From assembly GCA_951406725.2 (NCBI GenBank), contig OX597818.1:116374001-116438000 (forward strand): a stretch of 64,000 bases of DNA. The letters are read 5' to 3'. Positions 14,355-26,417 of the stretch are shown piece after piece (the first letter of the stretch is position 1; each line of letters opens with the position of its first letter). The notes under the pieces were generated by a model, which was given only the letters and a program-made list of their open reading frames with translations, made no database searches and was not told the origin of the DNA. The DNA comes from Octopus vulgaris (lineage: Eukaryota). The translations under genes and the position numbers were made by a program.

Positions 14355-14781
14355 TCTCTCTTTTTACTCTTTTACTTGTTTCAGTCGAGCAAATCGACCC
14401 CGAGACTTATTCTTAGTAAGCCCAGTACTTATTCTATCGGTCTCTTTTGCCGAACCGCTATGTGACGAAGACGTAAACACACCACCATCGGTTGTCAAGC
14501 AATGCTAGGGGGACAAACACAGACACACAAACACACACATACATATATATACATATACACGACAGGCTTCTTTCAGTTTCCGTCTACCAAATCCACTCAC
14601 AAGGCATTAGTCGGCCCGGGGCTATAGCAGAAGAAACTTGCCCAAGATGCCACGCAGTGGGACTGAACCCGGAACCATGTGGTTGGTTAGCAAGCTACTT
14701 ACCACACAGCAACTCCTGCGCCTATATGATTGATTGATTCCAGTTTCAGCTCATGAGCTGTGGCCATGCTGGGGCATATTT

Positions 14782-15385
14782 TAAATTAACAATTGAGGAT
14801 AAAATCTTTAAAAGAAATTATCAGTAGTCAGCGTGAAAAACCTCGTAAGAGAAAAAAATCCGTAAAATCTTCCTCTTTGAAAATATTCATTTATATTATA
14901 TTGAGGGTACTACTATTCGTAGATACCAACACGCTAAGAGGGACCAATGCGGTCAAAACTACTAAAATAAACAAAATTTTACCGAATGCAAAACTTCAAA
15001 ACACATCATTTTAAAAAAGAATTCAGTTACATATCACATGTGATTTCGCATTTAATGCAGAATATGCATTTCATGTTCGTCAGTGCAACAAACTCAAGAA
15101 ATATAAGAGAAAACATAACATTACAAGCTCGATAGCCAACCGTAGAATTCGTCGTAGCATGTACGAATGTTTATCTTTACATATCTATGAAAATGGCGGG
15201 CTTATTCGCAATGCATTTCGGTACCAAATTGTCTAGTCGGAATAAAAATTCAGTATTGAACTATTCCGGTGAAAAATATAAATTAACAATTGAGGATAAA
15301 ATCTTTAAAAGAAATTATCAGTAGTCAGCGTGAAAAACATCGTAAGAGAAAAAAATCCGTAAAATCTTCCTCTTTGAAAATATTC

Positions 15386-15393
<8 letters not shown>
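14782..15393 (+). repeat. ~115-bp direct repeat, period 497 bp, ending in (TA)n
   Basis: 14782-14896 and 15279-15393 are nearly identical. Confidence 0.8.
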
Positions 15394-15432
<39 letters not shown>

Positions 15433-15646
15433 TATATATTTCATAAAAAATTACTGTCGAAATACACGTTCGAGATTTCCTTTTCCCTGTCAGTTTGGAT
15501 GCACTGCAATAAGCCTGGGTACAATACCTCATAGAATTCCCTTTAGTATATTAAGTTGAAACCAAAGAAAACAATAGGAAGACACCCTGATATCGATATT
15601 TTGCAGAATTTGCTTCAATCGGTGTCTCGCCCCACCCGGGAAACCA

Positions 15647-15687
<41 letters not shown>

Positions 15688-15920
15688 CAGTATGTTTCTT
15701 TCGGTGTGCACGCGTGCGTCTGTAAGTCTATCAGAAAAAACAAGGCTATAGATACCAAATACTTTATTCAGTACTCCAGAAAGTGGAGTGTATGAATGTG
15801 TTTTTCAGTGTTAATTCTCTTTCAGTTCCAAGCGATCCATATGTGGTTACATATCACAAATCGTACAGCATATTTGTATATACATGACATGCCTACAAAC
15901 ATACACGCATATATTTATGC

Positions 15921-15965
<45 letters not shown>

Positions 15966-16069
15966 CAGACATATATATATACATACAGACATATATACAT
16001 ATACATATATATGCATTACATACATAGATATGTATATACGTATACAAACATAGACATATATACATATAC

Positions 16070-16136
<67 letters not shown>

Positions 16137-16231
16137 CATACATACATATATATACGTACATATATATACGTATACATACATACATAGACATATATATATA
16201 TATATATACATACACACATATATATGTATAC

Positions 16232-16272
<41 letters not shown>

Positions 16273-16659
16273 CCCCCACACACGCACGTATATATATAAC
16301 AATTAAGTCAACAACAGAACATTTTTATTGCTTTGTGTCTATTTCCGTTCGTTGTCAGTTAAGAATCAATGTTAAACACTCGTAACATTATTTCTGCGGA
16401 AATAAGAGCATGCTTGGCAGGAAATAAATTGCTTTACATCTGGATGTAGGAAAAAAGAGGTTCCGCAATATACTTGGAGCCATTAATATATGTCGATGTT
16501 TCTATTTCTGCGTGAATTGAAAATAGAACAATTGCGAAATTCTTTAAAAGATCCGGCTTCTATGATGTTTAGGAAGACGATTTGGCTTTTTTTTATTGTA
16601 TAATGGTATTCTAATGAGTTATACAATATAAGTGATACGCATAATGATATACATACTCT

Positions 16660-16882
16660 CGCTTTACTCTTTTGCTTGTTTCAGTCATTTGACTGTGGTC
16701 ATACTGGAGTACTGCCTTTAGTCGAGCAAATCGGCCCCAGGGCTTATTCATTGTAAGCCCAGTACTTATTCTATAGGCCTCTTTTGCCGAACCGCTAAGT
16801 AACGGGGACGTAAACACACCAGCATCGGTTGTCAAGCGATGTTGGGGGACACAGACACACAAACATGTACACACGTACATAC

Positions 16883-16929
<47 letters not shown>

Positions 16930-17072
16930 TATGACGGGCTTCTTTCAGTTTCCGTCTACCAAATCCACTCACAAGGCTTTGGTCGGCCTGAGGCCATAGT
17001 AGAAGACACTTACCCAAAGTACCACGCAGTGGGACTGAACCCTGTACCATGTAGTTCGTAAGCAAGCTACTT
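16660..17072 (-). mobile_element. CORE-like SINE, 3' portion, interrupted by the LINE
   Basis: Matches the family up to ...GTAAGCAAGCTACTT; the missing 5' end (ACCACATAGCCACTCCTACGC) resumes at 22527-22548. Confidence 0.88.
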
Positions 17073-17300
17073 TATTTCATATAATTTGCCATTTAGGCAT
17101 TTACAAAGAGGGGACAAACAAGGACAGACAAATATAAAGGGTGAAGTAGCTTAACACAGTTACAATTTTCGAATGAAATTACGGATAAGATTATAAACAA
17201 TGAATTTTACGAAGGCAATGTTTAAAAATATTAATGATCATGTCGAAGGACGGACACCCAGCCATCCGGGTAGAACCTTTACTTTCTGATCCGGTCACAC

Positions 17301-20300
17301 TTACCTGGTGCCAAACATACCCATCTTGTATGCCACAGGCTTCCATCTTTTCACAAACATATCTCGTGACAGACACCTCTTCTCCAGCCTGATTTTGCTA
17401 CTGAGGTGGTAACTAAAAAAGTTAATCAATCCCTGGCCGGAGACAAAGGTGCCTGTCACTATACCTTTCGTACGCGTCTTCCATACTGTTTCTTTCAGTA
17501 TGGCTACTACACAGAAAAAACAAGCCTTTCTTTCCATGTTAAGGAAAGGGGGCGGCACAATCTCGATGATAGACTCAGCTGATAGCTGTACTCTTCCCAT
17601 CACTGACAACAGTTGTTCAACAAAAGCTATCAGTCCCGATAACTCCGGACACTCCACGAATGCGTGCAAGACGGTCTCCCTATCCTGCTCACATCGCGGG
17701 CATGTCGGCGAGACGGCACTACCGTGCCTTGACAGCTTGTCGCGAACAGGTAAAGCCGCACGGAAACACTGCCAGGCTAGGGATTTCTGGTAATTATCCA
17801 GATACCTCGGCCCGAACGTCCTCCGGAACAGGTTGATCAACTGATTTTCATCGTAGCTCAGGGTCTCCCCCAAGGCGTCTTCGGACTTAATCTCCACTAA
17901 CCCGCTATAGAAATCCGTGGTGGAACTCCTGTTGCCGGCGTTGCCCACCCGAGATAGTAGCTGGAGCGCCTGACGGCACTCCAAATGCCATTCACTCAGT
18001 TTAGGTCTCCGCTTGATCCATGCACCGATGTCCGTTAGGGATGTTAACTGGGGAAGGTAGAACCGGACGTGCGGCGACCACACCTGCTCTCCATCCAGGT
18101 AAAACCAGAGGTGCCTCAACCTTAACGCGAGTTTTCGCATCCTCAGCCAAGGCATCCCTAGCCCACCCTTTAGCGGTTTCTGGCAGCAGACAGAGCGCTT
18201 TACAAGTGGCTTTCCTCCTTTCCACAAAAATCGGAAAAGGATTCTCTCCAACTTGTTCAGCCACAAATCGGGGCAAGGCACCACGGTCAGACGGTAGGTG
18301 ATTACTGATGCTATAAACATCTGCACCACCTCCGCCTTCCCTAGCAGGGATAACGCCCGCCAGACCAGGTCTGGGTTAGAGCGGTCACCTTGTTGGCCAC
18401 CTCACTCCAAATTTTCTCAATCTGGAGGTCTGGCCCGAACCAGACTCCGAGCAGCTTAACAGGACCTTCCGTCCAACGCCCTATGACGTTATTGGACGGC
18501 ATCGGCTTGCCCCTCCAGGTGCCGAGTTGCAAACCGACCGACTTGTCCTTGTTAACCTTTGCTCCTGCCACCGCCTCGTAGCTTTTGATGGCCTCTTCCA
18601 CCACTGGAAGCTGGCCTTCGTCTGCCACGATGATGGAGGTGTCATCCGCATACGCCGTAGCTCCTCTTCCACACCATAGATCATGCGGCGCCCCCCCTAG
18701 TGCCTCCAACTTCCGGAGCAAAGGCTCAAGAGCCAATACGTATAGGAGCGCGGACAGGGGACACCCTTGACGAACTGAACGCTCGATCCTGAACGGCTTC
18801 GAAAAGGAACCGTTCACTTTGACTACAGACTCGATGTCGCTATACAAAGCAGCGATCCAACCTCGAAAGGTCGGGCCTAGGCCAGCCTCTCCGAGGACCG
18901 CCGCCAGGTACCGATGGTCGACCCTATCAAATGCTTTGGACTGGTCTAAATGTACCAGTGCTCCCCCTGCGCCAGAAAGCTTCCCCACCCTCTCTAAGGA
19001 GTAGCGTATAAGGTGGAGATTGTCGTGGATCGTTCTGCCGGGGATAGCGCACGTTTGCGCTTCCCCGACAAGTTTGTCCACAACCCGCGCCAACCTTTTT
19101 GCTAGCACCTTGGCCAGAATCTTTAACTCTGTGTTTAACAGAGTTATGGGCCTGAAGTTCCCTATCTCGTCCCCCTTGTTCGGGTCCTTCCCGATCAACG
19201 TCACCGCCCCCCGGCTCGCAGACTTGGGAATTCTCCCATTCTGCTGCCAGTTGGCGTAGACGCTAGCCAGCAGGTGTCCGAACAAGTCTGGCATACTTCT
19301 ATAAAATTCATAGGGCAGACCATCGAGACCCGGCGACTTCTTCCCGGGGCACTTGCCCAACACCTCGATTACTTCCTCGGCTGTGATTGGCCCTTCACAG
19401 CACTCAGCCTCTCGTGTCGAGAGGCGCGGGCCACCAGACAGGAAGTCCCTAAGGGCCTCACCATGATCCAGCGTCCCGCACCTCCCGAACAACTCGGCGA
19501 AGTGCTTGTGAAGTGCCTCACACATCTCGTCCCGCTTCTTGATCGTGCATCCGTTTTCATCAACAAGAGACCCAATTGTGGCATCGTTTCCACGCTGTGT
19601 TTCTATCGTACGGGCCCATCCGGCAACATTAATTCCCTCACGGCCCAATGCTCGTACTTTAGCCCGGACTCTACATCCCTCATGTTTGGTTTTGAGGTGA
19701 CGGTCTAATGCCGTTCTCGCCGCTAAAATGTGAGATGCAGAGCCCAACCTCAACGCCTCCTCTAAGTTCTTAACTAGTTGCCCTTCTATTCTAGCCCTAT
19801 CTAGTCTTAGTTGTTTACTAAATCTAATGGACTCGAATCGAATGGCTCTTTTGAGGGTGAACCACCACCGGTTATTAACCACGGCTCCGGTTAACGCCCT
19901 CTGCACTAACACCTTAATCCGGCTACGGTATGCCTCGCGTGTCAAAATAGACTTGTTCAGCTTCCAGTAGCCGGTTCCTATCTTAAGTGTGCTATCTATG
20001 TCCAGTCTACACGTGACCATTCTATGGTCAGTATAGGGCACCTGGACGAGCTGTGGACAACTAAAACTAGACTTATCTCTAGTTCTTATCACTATCCTGT
20101 CTAGATAAGACTTGAACCTTCCGTCGCCACTCATCCAGGTCCACTCTGGGACGTTCGGATGGTCAAGTCTGTAACGATCTGCCAGCTGAAACCGCTTAAG
20201 CAGATCCACGAGACGTGAGTTCACTTTCCTATAGATCGAGCCAACGCTATCGATGTGTACGTAAACGATAGCATTAAAGTCCCCTAATATCAGTAAAGTC

Positions 20301-20701
20301 TTCGACGTCACGAGAAAGCCCTCTAGGCGCCGATAAAAATCAGTTTGGAAACCTCTAGCACAAGGTGCATAGAGTCCGATCAACCTGAAGGCCTTACTGC
20401 TGTATGTCACATCAAGGACGACCAGCCCACCTTCTGGGTCTACATAGACTGTACTTGTCTGTAGAGCCAAGTCTTTACGGATCAGTACCACTACGCCCCC
20501 TCGCCCTCCGGTCTGGCCAGGAGACATGATTTTCTCGTAGCCATTCAGGAGAGGCGAGAAGGTTTGTAGGCTGTCCAGCTTGGTCTCTGTAGCAACCATC
20601 ACATGTATATCATGTGATCTGAGGTCGTCGAGGAAACAAGCCTGCTTCCACTTCGAACTCAGACCACGCACATTTAAACAACCAAGGTTAAGCGAAGCCA
20701 T
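17301..20701 (-). CDS. LINE ORF2: APE endonuclease + reverse transcriptase + zf-RVT, one -1 frameshift near 18360
   Basis: EN motifs LNVRGL, ATETK, GDFNA, YLDRI, TDH. RT motifs KSPGLDG, FRPITLLN, LDQSKAFDRVDH, QGCPLS, YADD. C-terminal CPRC-x8-H-x4-C. Adding one G at TCT GG CGG joins track ORFs 18341..20701 and 17301..18329 as ...TWSGRALSLLGKAEVVQMF..., about 1133 aa. Confidence 0.92.
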
Positions 20702-20975
20702 TACAAAAAGTAAAAGTTCTACTTACATTTCGTTGGAGAGGTGGGGGCCGACCTCACCACACGTTTGTGGGCCCCTTCTTTCTCCTCTTTCTTCATATAG
20801 TCCGGCAAGTTCGCGATATGCCGGATGGCGTTTGGGTGTCTGTCTTTTAATTGTTTGAACGTTGTTTCCGCAATCCACGCGTGTCTATTTCGATCTTTGT
20901 ATTTGTCGTACAGTCTTGCTGACTGATGCTGAACCACAATATCGTTTATGTATTTGTCTTGTGTGTCGAATTCAA

Positions 20976-22121
20976 TTAATATGAGTTCATTTTCTTTTTT
21001 GTCTTCTTTTTCTGGGCCAGTTGAGCGGGATTTTTTTTCCGTGTCTGTGGTGTGTCTTTGTTTTTATTATTTTTTGTAGGGGATGTGGACGGGGATGCTG
21101 CACGAATTCTTTTACGAACTGGTGTAAATCCCCCCTCTGATACCTCCATGGTATCGTCTGGGGTAGCAATAGTTTGTTCGGTAGGCGCCGCAGTTTTTAG
21201 GGGGGTGGGAGGTTTTAATAGTGTAGGGGTTTGTGAGTGCGAGGGCTGGGTTTTTTCTTCAGTCTGTTTTGGGGTTGGCACCGTAACAGCAGGAGTGGGA
21301 TTTTTTGTTTTTGTAGGGGTAGGTGTGTTTGCAAGGGTAGGGACTTTTTTATTATCTGAGGGGCCAGGTGTCTGCGGTTTCTTTTGCTTGTCTGGACAGT
21401 CTACACGAATGTGGCCCTTTTTGCCGCAGGCGTAACAGGTGGGTTTTCGGCCTTCGACCTGTACCCTGAGGGCTACGTTCTCGCCCACGAGCACCCTCTC
21501 AGGAAGGAGCTGCAGGTCCTCCGCTGTTCCTTGAATTAATATATTAATGTTACGCCCGAGCGAAAATCGAGGGGTAGAGCATGTTACTTCTAGTATTTTT
21601 ATTTTGTCCGCCCTTTTATATAACAGGGCGGCCACTACCTCTACCGGATCTACTTCCGGCGGGGCTTCTACAATCCTGACCCGAGACGTCCTGCGTCCCC
21701 TATAGCTTGGGAAAAGTACCACCTCCTTGGTTTTTAGGGGGTTCACAGAATGCCCGCGGGCCATTTCTTCCCCCGAGAAGCGGACATCCACAGTGCCATA
21801 TGCCCGTCCCCTGGCGACGTACACGATGTCCTTCCAAATCGGGGACAGGCATTTCTCGATGGTGCTTTTTTCAAAGTGTTTGAACCTTCTGCTTTGTGGA
21901 CAGAAAGTCTTAAACACTACGGTCCGCTTCTCGGTCTCCACGATACTGGCGGAGGGTGATATTTTAACATCACCACCCTCCTCTTGCATTCTTTTAAATA
22001 GCTCGACGAGCTGGTTGACATCGATGTCAATGTTCTCGGTAGCCACTACGGCTACCTCAGAAAATTTTTTAACATTGCTCTCCTCAAGAGCACTACTTTC
22101 GTGAATAATTTCAACAGACAT
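20976..22121 (-). CDS. LINE ORF1 (gag-like nucleic-acid-binding protein with CCHC zinc knuckle); probably continues in -1 frame to 20719
   Basis: CYACGKKGHIRVDC = CX2CX4HX4C, followed by a Pro/Thr/Lys-rich region. First ATG at 22121 (track starts at 22145 from a non-ATG codon). The -1 frame is open from ~21063 to 20719. Confidence 0.85.
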   Translation of the reverse strand: MSVEIIHESSALEESNVKKFSEVAVVATENIDIDVNQLVELFKRMQEEGGDVKISPSASIVETEKRTVVFKTFCPQSRRFKHFEKSTIEKCLSPIWKDIVYVARGRAYGTVDVRFSGEEMARGHSVNPLKTKEVVLFPSYRGRRTSRVRIVEAPPEVDPVEVVAALLYKRADKIKILEVTCSTPRFSLGRNINILIQGTAEDLQLLPERVLVGENVALRVQVEGRKPTCYACGKKGHIRVDCPDKQKKPQTPGPSDNKKVPTLANTPTPTKTKNPTPAVTVPTPKQTEEKTQPSHSQTPTLLKPPTPLKTAAPTEQTIATPDDTMEVSEGGFTPVRKRIRAASPSTSPTKNNKNKDTPQTRKKNPAQLAQKKKTKKKMNSY

Positions 22122-22854
22122 TATTCTGTTGAAATTAGACAACACAAAAATTACGAATATTGGTTTCCCACAAAACTGGGAAACCTATAGAAAGTTTTTC
22201 TTCCAAAGTAGTTCAAAAAAGCAGTTCACAAATTCCAATTCCCACCCCCATTCGGGGGAGGGGCACGAAAATAGTCTGGCAGGCTATGTATAGTCACGTA
22301 AATAAAAAGCCACAATGGCTAACAGTTCAACGGTAAGAAATTATCCAATTATTCCCCGGTAAAACCGGAGAACAAGACAGTTCAGCAACGTTTAAAGACA
22401 AATTTTCAGTAGTAGAAATTCAACAATTAACAACACAGCAAAATTCTTACCGGGAAGAAAACGCGTCCAAACCGTAGTACGGTAGGCAAAGTCACTCTTC
22501 AGTCAGTGAGGTTAGCAAAGCTACTTACCACATAGCCACTCCTACGCATATAATATTATAGGTTCAAATCTTAGGCGGGGAGTTGCAAAATGCTTAGCGG
22601 CATTTCGTCCTTGTTTACGTTCTGAGTTCAAAAGCTGCCGAGGTCTGCTTTGCCTTTCATCTTTTCGGGTTCGATAAAATAAGTACCAGTTGAGCACAGA
22701 GATCGATTTAATCGACTATTTTCTTCCCCCTAAATTGCTGACTTTGTTCCAAAACTAGAAAGCAATGTTATAGGTTAAAAATATATTTTTTAAAGAAATA
22801 TGTAGCTCCCCTTTCTTCTTTTTGTGAGTCTGTGTATGTGTATGTGTGTGTGTG

Positions 22855-23054
22855 TATCTAACCACATGTGGATGGTTGGCGATTTTTTCCCACCGTCTTC
22901 CTTTTCTGTTGAACTTTCCCCCGTCTCCTGTTTTTGACGAAGACAGTTGCTCGAAACGTAAAACTACCTTTCTTTCCTACCCTAAGCGTCTGCTAACACT
23001 TTGCATGTTCCACGTCCTCGGGTTGTTTTTTCTTGTGTTTGTTCTTTTTTTATT

Positions 23055-23057
<3 letters not shown>
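22855..23057 (+). mobile_element. Hammerhead repeat family A copy (degenerate core)
   Basis: GTTT TTGACGA...GCTC GAAACGTA AAAC at 22930-22964; ends at (TA)n. Confidence 0.6.
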
Positions 23058-23105
<48 letters not shown>

Positions 23106-23441
23106 CAAAATAAGCAACAAGGATATCCGAGGTAGAGTAGTACAATTGTTTCATGCTACTTCATTTTATTAAACACTGTAAGAATTACATCAGTTTTAAA
23201 ATGTCGAGCAATCTTCAGCCACATATAGAATTGTCCAATTAAATGGACATTGCTCATTCTTATCCCTATTTCATTTGCCAGCATTACAAAGAATGTAGAT
23301 ATATAGACAGAGAGGTTAATTTCATTCTTAAGAACATGATAGTAGTATGTTCATTCTCGGTCTGTAGATTTTATCATTGAGTTCACTTTGTTATTTAGAT
23401 CTATCAGTGGGGAAGGTGTTTTTTATTATTTTGGTTGAAAA

Positions 23442-23491
<50 letters not shown>

Positions 23492-23811
23492 TTTCACACG
23501 CGGCTTCATCCACTTCCTAATCCATACTCACATGACCAACTCATGCCCCTTCTGCGCCCGACAAATCGACGCCACTATACTTCTATACTTGTATACCTCT
23601 ACGTATATACACCCAACAAGGCAACACTTTTCGACACTACTCTCCATATGACCGTTTTAAGACACGGAAACATTTCTATGTTTGCACACCCCACACAAAT
23701 ATTTCATAGATATAAGTTCCATCAATTCAAATGTAACGCCGAATCAGCGTGATATAACATATGTGATAAGGCTGGGTTATTGTATTACAAATACCATTGA
23801 AAGATAGACAG

Positions 23812-23843
<32 letters not shown>

Positions 23844-23853
23844 TGTGTGTGCG

Positions 23854-23921
<68 letters not shown>

Positions 23922-24072
23922 AGGCATAAGTAGTAATAACAGCACCAGTAATGGCGAAGTACGTTATTCTTTCTAACGCGAAAAGGATTAAATGCTAAAT
24001 TGTCTTCGATGGAATTTGAAACTCGGAATTACGGAACGGATATTACAAATTCTTGTAAACGACGTGCGGCAA

Positions 24073-24180
24073 AGGTAAAGAATACGCACACCACCCGTTT
24101 TCGGCGTTTAGGGTTAGGGCTAGGTTTAGGGTCAGAGTTAGGGTTACGCCGAAAACGGGTGGCAGGCGTATTCTTTACCT
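24073..24180. mobile_element. Palindromic MITE-like element with a telomeric (TTAGGG)-like spacer
   Basis: 35-bp inverted arms, 32/35 identical (24073-24107, 24146-24180), enclosing about six degenerate TTAGGG units. Confidence 0.7.
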
Positions 24181-24819
24181 CCGTCCGAAGTTCTAAAAAC
24201 TCTACTAATTCGGTATTTCCTTACAAAAACAATCCGTGCTATTTATACATCTACGATTACATGAATCATCTTTTCAAACATTTGTCGCCCACAATCTATG
24301 AACAACTCTCAGTTTCTCGCTTCTTGTCTCTTTTCTCTCTTCTTTTCGCTTCTCTCTTCTTCTCTCCTTCCCTCTCACACTCACACACAAAGACACACAA
24401 GTAAACCGCCTAACAAGTAAGTGTGAACGTATGCACATCTGTATCGTCTACACGTGTGTGCCCTTATATTTCGAATCTCCATTTATCACATGAAACTCAA
24501 TAGCTGTCGAATCGATGTTATCAACATAATTATTTCCTTTCCATGGCGGATGAAACAAAACGTTATTTTAAGCAAGAATATCCGGTTGGCATGGGTCTTG
24601 TGGTGATAGCATTTTTGTTTGTGCTTTTGTTTTTCTTCACAATTTGTCACAATGAAATCTGGACATCCATCAATCCACCATCCACACATACAAAGCAGTT
24701 ATTGTTGAAAGTAAAGGTTATATACATACACGACTGAGTATAACTGAACTTGAATGTCCGTAAATGGAGCATAGCTCCAAAATTCATAGGCTACAAATGG
24801 CCGCGATATATGGAACCTT

Positions 24820-25052
24820 AAGGTGGCGTGCTGCCAGAAACGTTAGCACGCCGGGCGAAGTGCTTCGCGGTATTTCGCCCGTCGCTACGTTCTGAGTTCA
24901 AATTCCGCCGAAGTCGACTTTGCCTTTCATCCTTTCGGGGTCGATGAATTAAATACCAGTTACGCACTTGGGTCGATGTAATCGACTTAGTCCGTTTGTC
25001 TTTCCTTGTTTGTTTCCTCTATGTTTAGCCCCTTGTGGGAGCTAAAGAAACA
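24820..25052 (+). mobile_element. Solo full-length tail-A SINE with 15-bp TSD
   Basis: Same head and body as the 8.9 kb array; TSD GATATATGGAACCTT at 24805-24819 and 25053-25067. Confidence 0.88.
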
Positions 25053-25252
25053 GATATATGGAACCTTCAAAATTTTGTTACGATTCAAAGGATGACGGCT
25101 TACAAAACACACAATGACAATTTCGTTTTCTTTAAAACCTTTCCGCCGTGGAGGTGGCCAGTTAAAAATAAATTAAAAATTAAGAGAAAGAGCGAACATA
25201 CATGATGCACATACATACATACATACATACATAATACATACATACATACATA

Positions 25253-25523
25253 CAGTGGCGGACTGGGTCTAAAAATATCGGTTGCTAGGAGACTAAGGAG
25301 GCCCACCCTCAACTAAAATGCTATCATTAATTTTTTTTTTAAAGTTTTCTTTTCAACTGTCTACAAACACAGCTAGGCTGAAATAATTAATGCATTCTTC
25401 CAGGAGTGAAAAAACATTTCTCAAACTTGAGGGGATAGGACCCTTAGATACTAAGATGGTTCCCAATGGCGCAGGGGCCCACTTGCCGTCGGGCAAGCTG
25501 GCAACCTGGCGAGCCCGCCACTG
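25253..25523. mobile_element. hAT-like MITE
   Basis: TIRs CAGTGGCGG ... CCGCCACTG; 8-bp TSD CATACATA within a (CATA)n tract. Confidence 0.75.
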
Positions 25524-25752
25524 CATACATACATACAGTCGTGGTTAAAAGTTTTTAACATCTTATTTAAAAATTAAAATTTTTATGCCGAAGTACAGTT
25601 CCTACCAGATATATACAAGGTATATATTTGGGCATCTAATATATAAATTCTAATTTTCAGACCTGTGTTCCAAAATGTTGGCCATATATGTACATACGAA
25701 TACACACACACGGTCACACATATCCTTTACTTAATATTCTGTAAATATCATA

Positions 25753-26092
25753 AGGCGGCGAGCTGGCAGAAACGTTAGCAAGCTGGGTGAAATGCTTAAG
25801 GGTATTTCTACTACCGTTCCGAGGTTGATTTTGCCTTTCATCATTTCGGGGTCGATTAAGTAAGTACCAGTTACGCACTGGGGTCGATCTAATCGACTTA
25901 ATCCGTTTGTCTGTCTTTGTTGGTCTTCTCTGTGTTTAGCCCCTTGTGGGTAGTAAAGAAATAGGTATTTCGTCTGCCGTTACGTTTTCAGTTCGAATTC
26001 TGCCGAGGTTGACATTGCCTTTCATCCTTTCCGGGTTGATAAATGAAGTACCAGTTGCGTACTGGGATCGATCTAATCGACTGGCCCATTCC
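25753..26092 (+). mobile_element. SINE dimer (tail-A unit joined into tail-B unit)
   Basis: Junction GAAATA|GGTATTTCG at 25963/25964; flanking CTGTAAATATC repeat. Confidence 0.8.
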
Positions 26093-26372
26093 CTGTAAAT
26101 ATCCAATAACCTATATATTTCTAAATGTCGCATACTTAATACGCAAACGGCTCATCCCGTTCATTTCACTAAGAAATATTTTAAGTGTCTCGAATATCGC
26201 TATGATAGAATTCACGGTAATCTTTTAAAAATAATCAGTTACAAATAACTCATCCAAAAGCCTTCCATACAGTAAGACAGAGTAAGAAAGCGAGAGAGAA
26301 AGCGAAAGAGGGAATGAAAGAGAGAAAGTGATACAGAGGTACAGAAATACGCACACACACATACACTCACTA

Positions 26373-26417
<45 letters not shown>

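Larger units (their letters stand above)
17073..22517 (-). mobile_element. Full-length non-LTR retrotransposon, L1/Tx1-type LINE
   Basis: GC-rich 5.4 kb block with 5'UTR, ORF1, ORF2 and short 3'UTR. Flanked by direct repeat AAGCTACTT (17064-17072, 22518-22526). Splits a SINE whose halves continue at 16660-17072 and 22518-22548. CCHC knuckle in ORF1 plus zf-RVT in ORF2 favour Tx1 over L1 (recalled domain architecture). Confidence 0.9.

Noticed and set aside
17449-22104. Plus-strand and alternate-frame ORFs overlapping the LINE
   Set aside because: Antisense or shifted shadows of a GC-rich coding region with no recognisable motifs.
22150-22517. Ribozyme in the LINE 5'UTR (several hairpins, a CTGAAGA near the 5' end)
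   Set aside because: No matching GAAA with stems I-III, and I could not assemble an HDV-like pseudoknot by eye.
25536-25692. Tc1-like left end CAGTCGTGGTTAAAAGTTT
   Set aside because: The matching right TIR is too degenerate to support an element.
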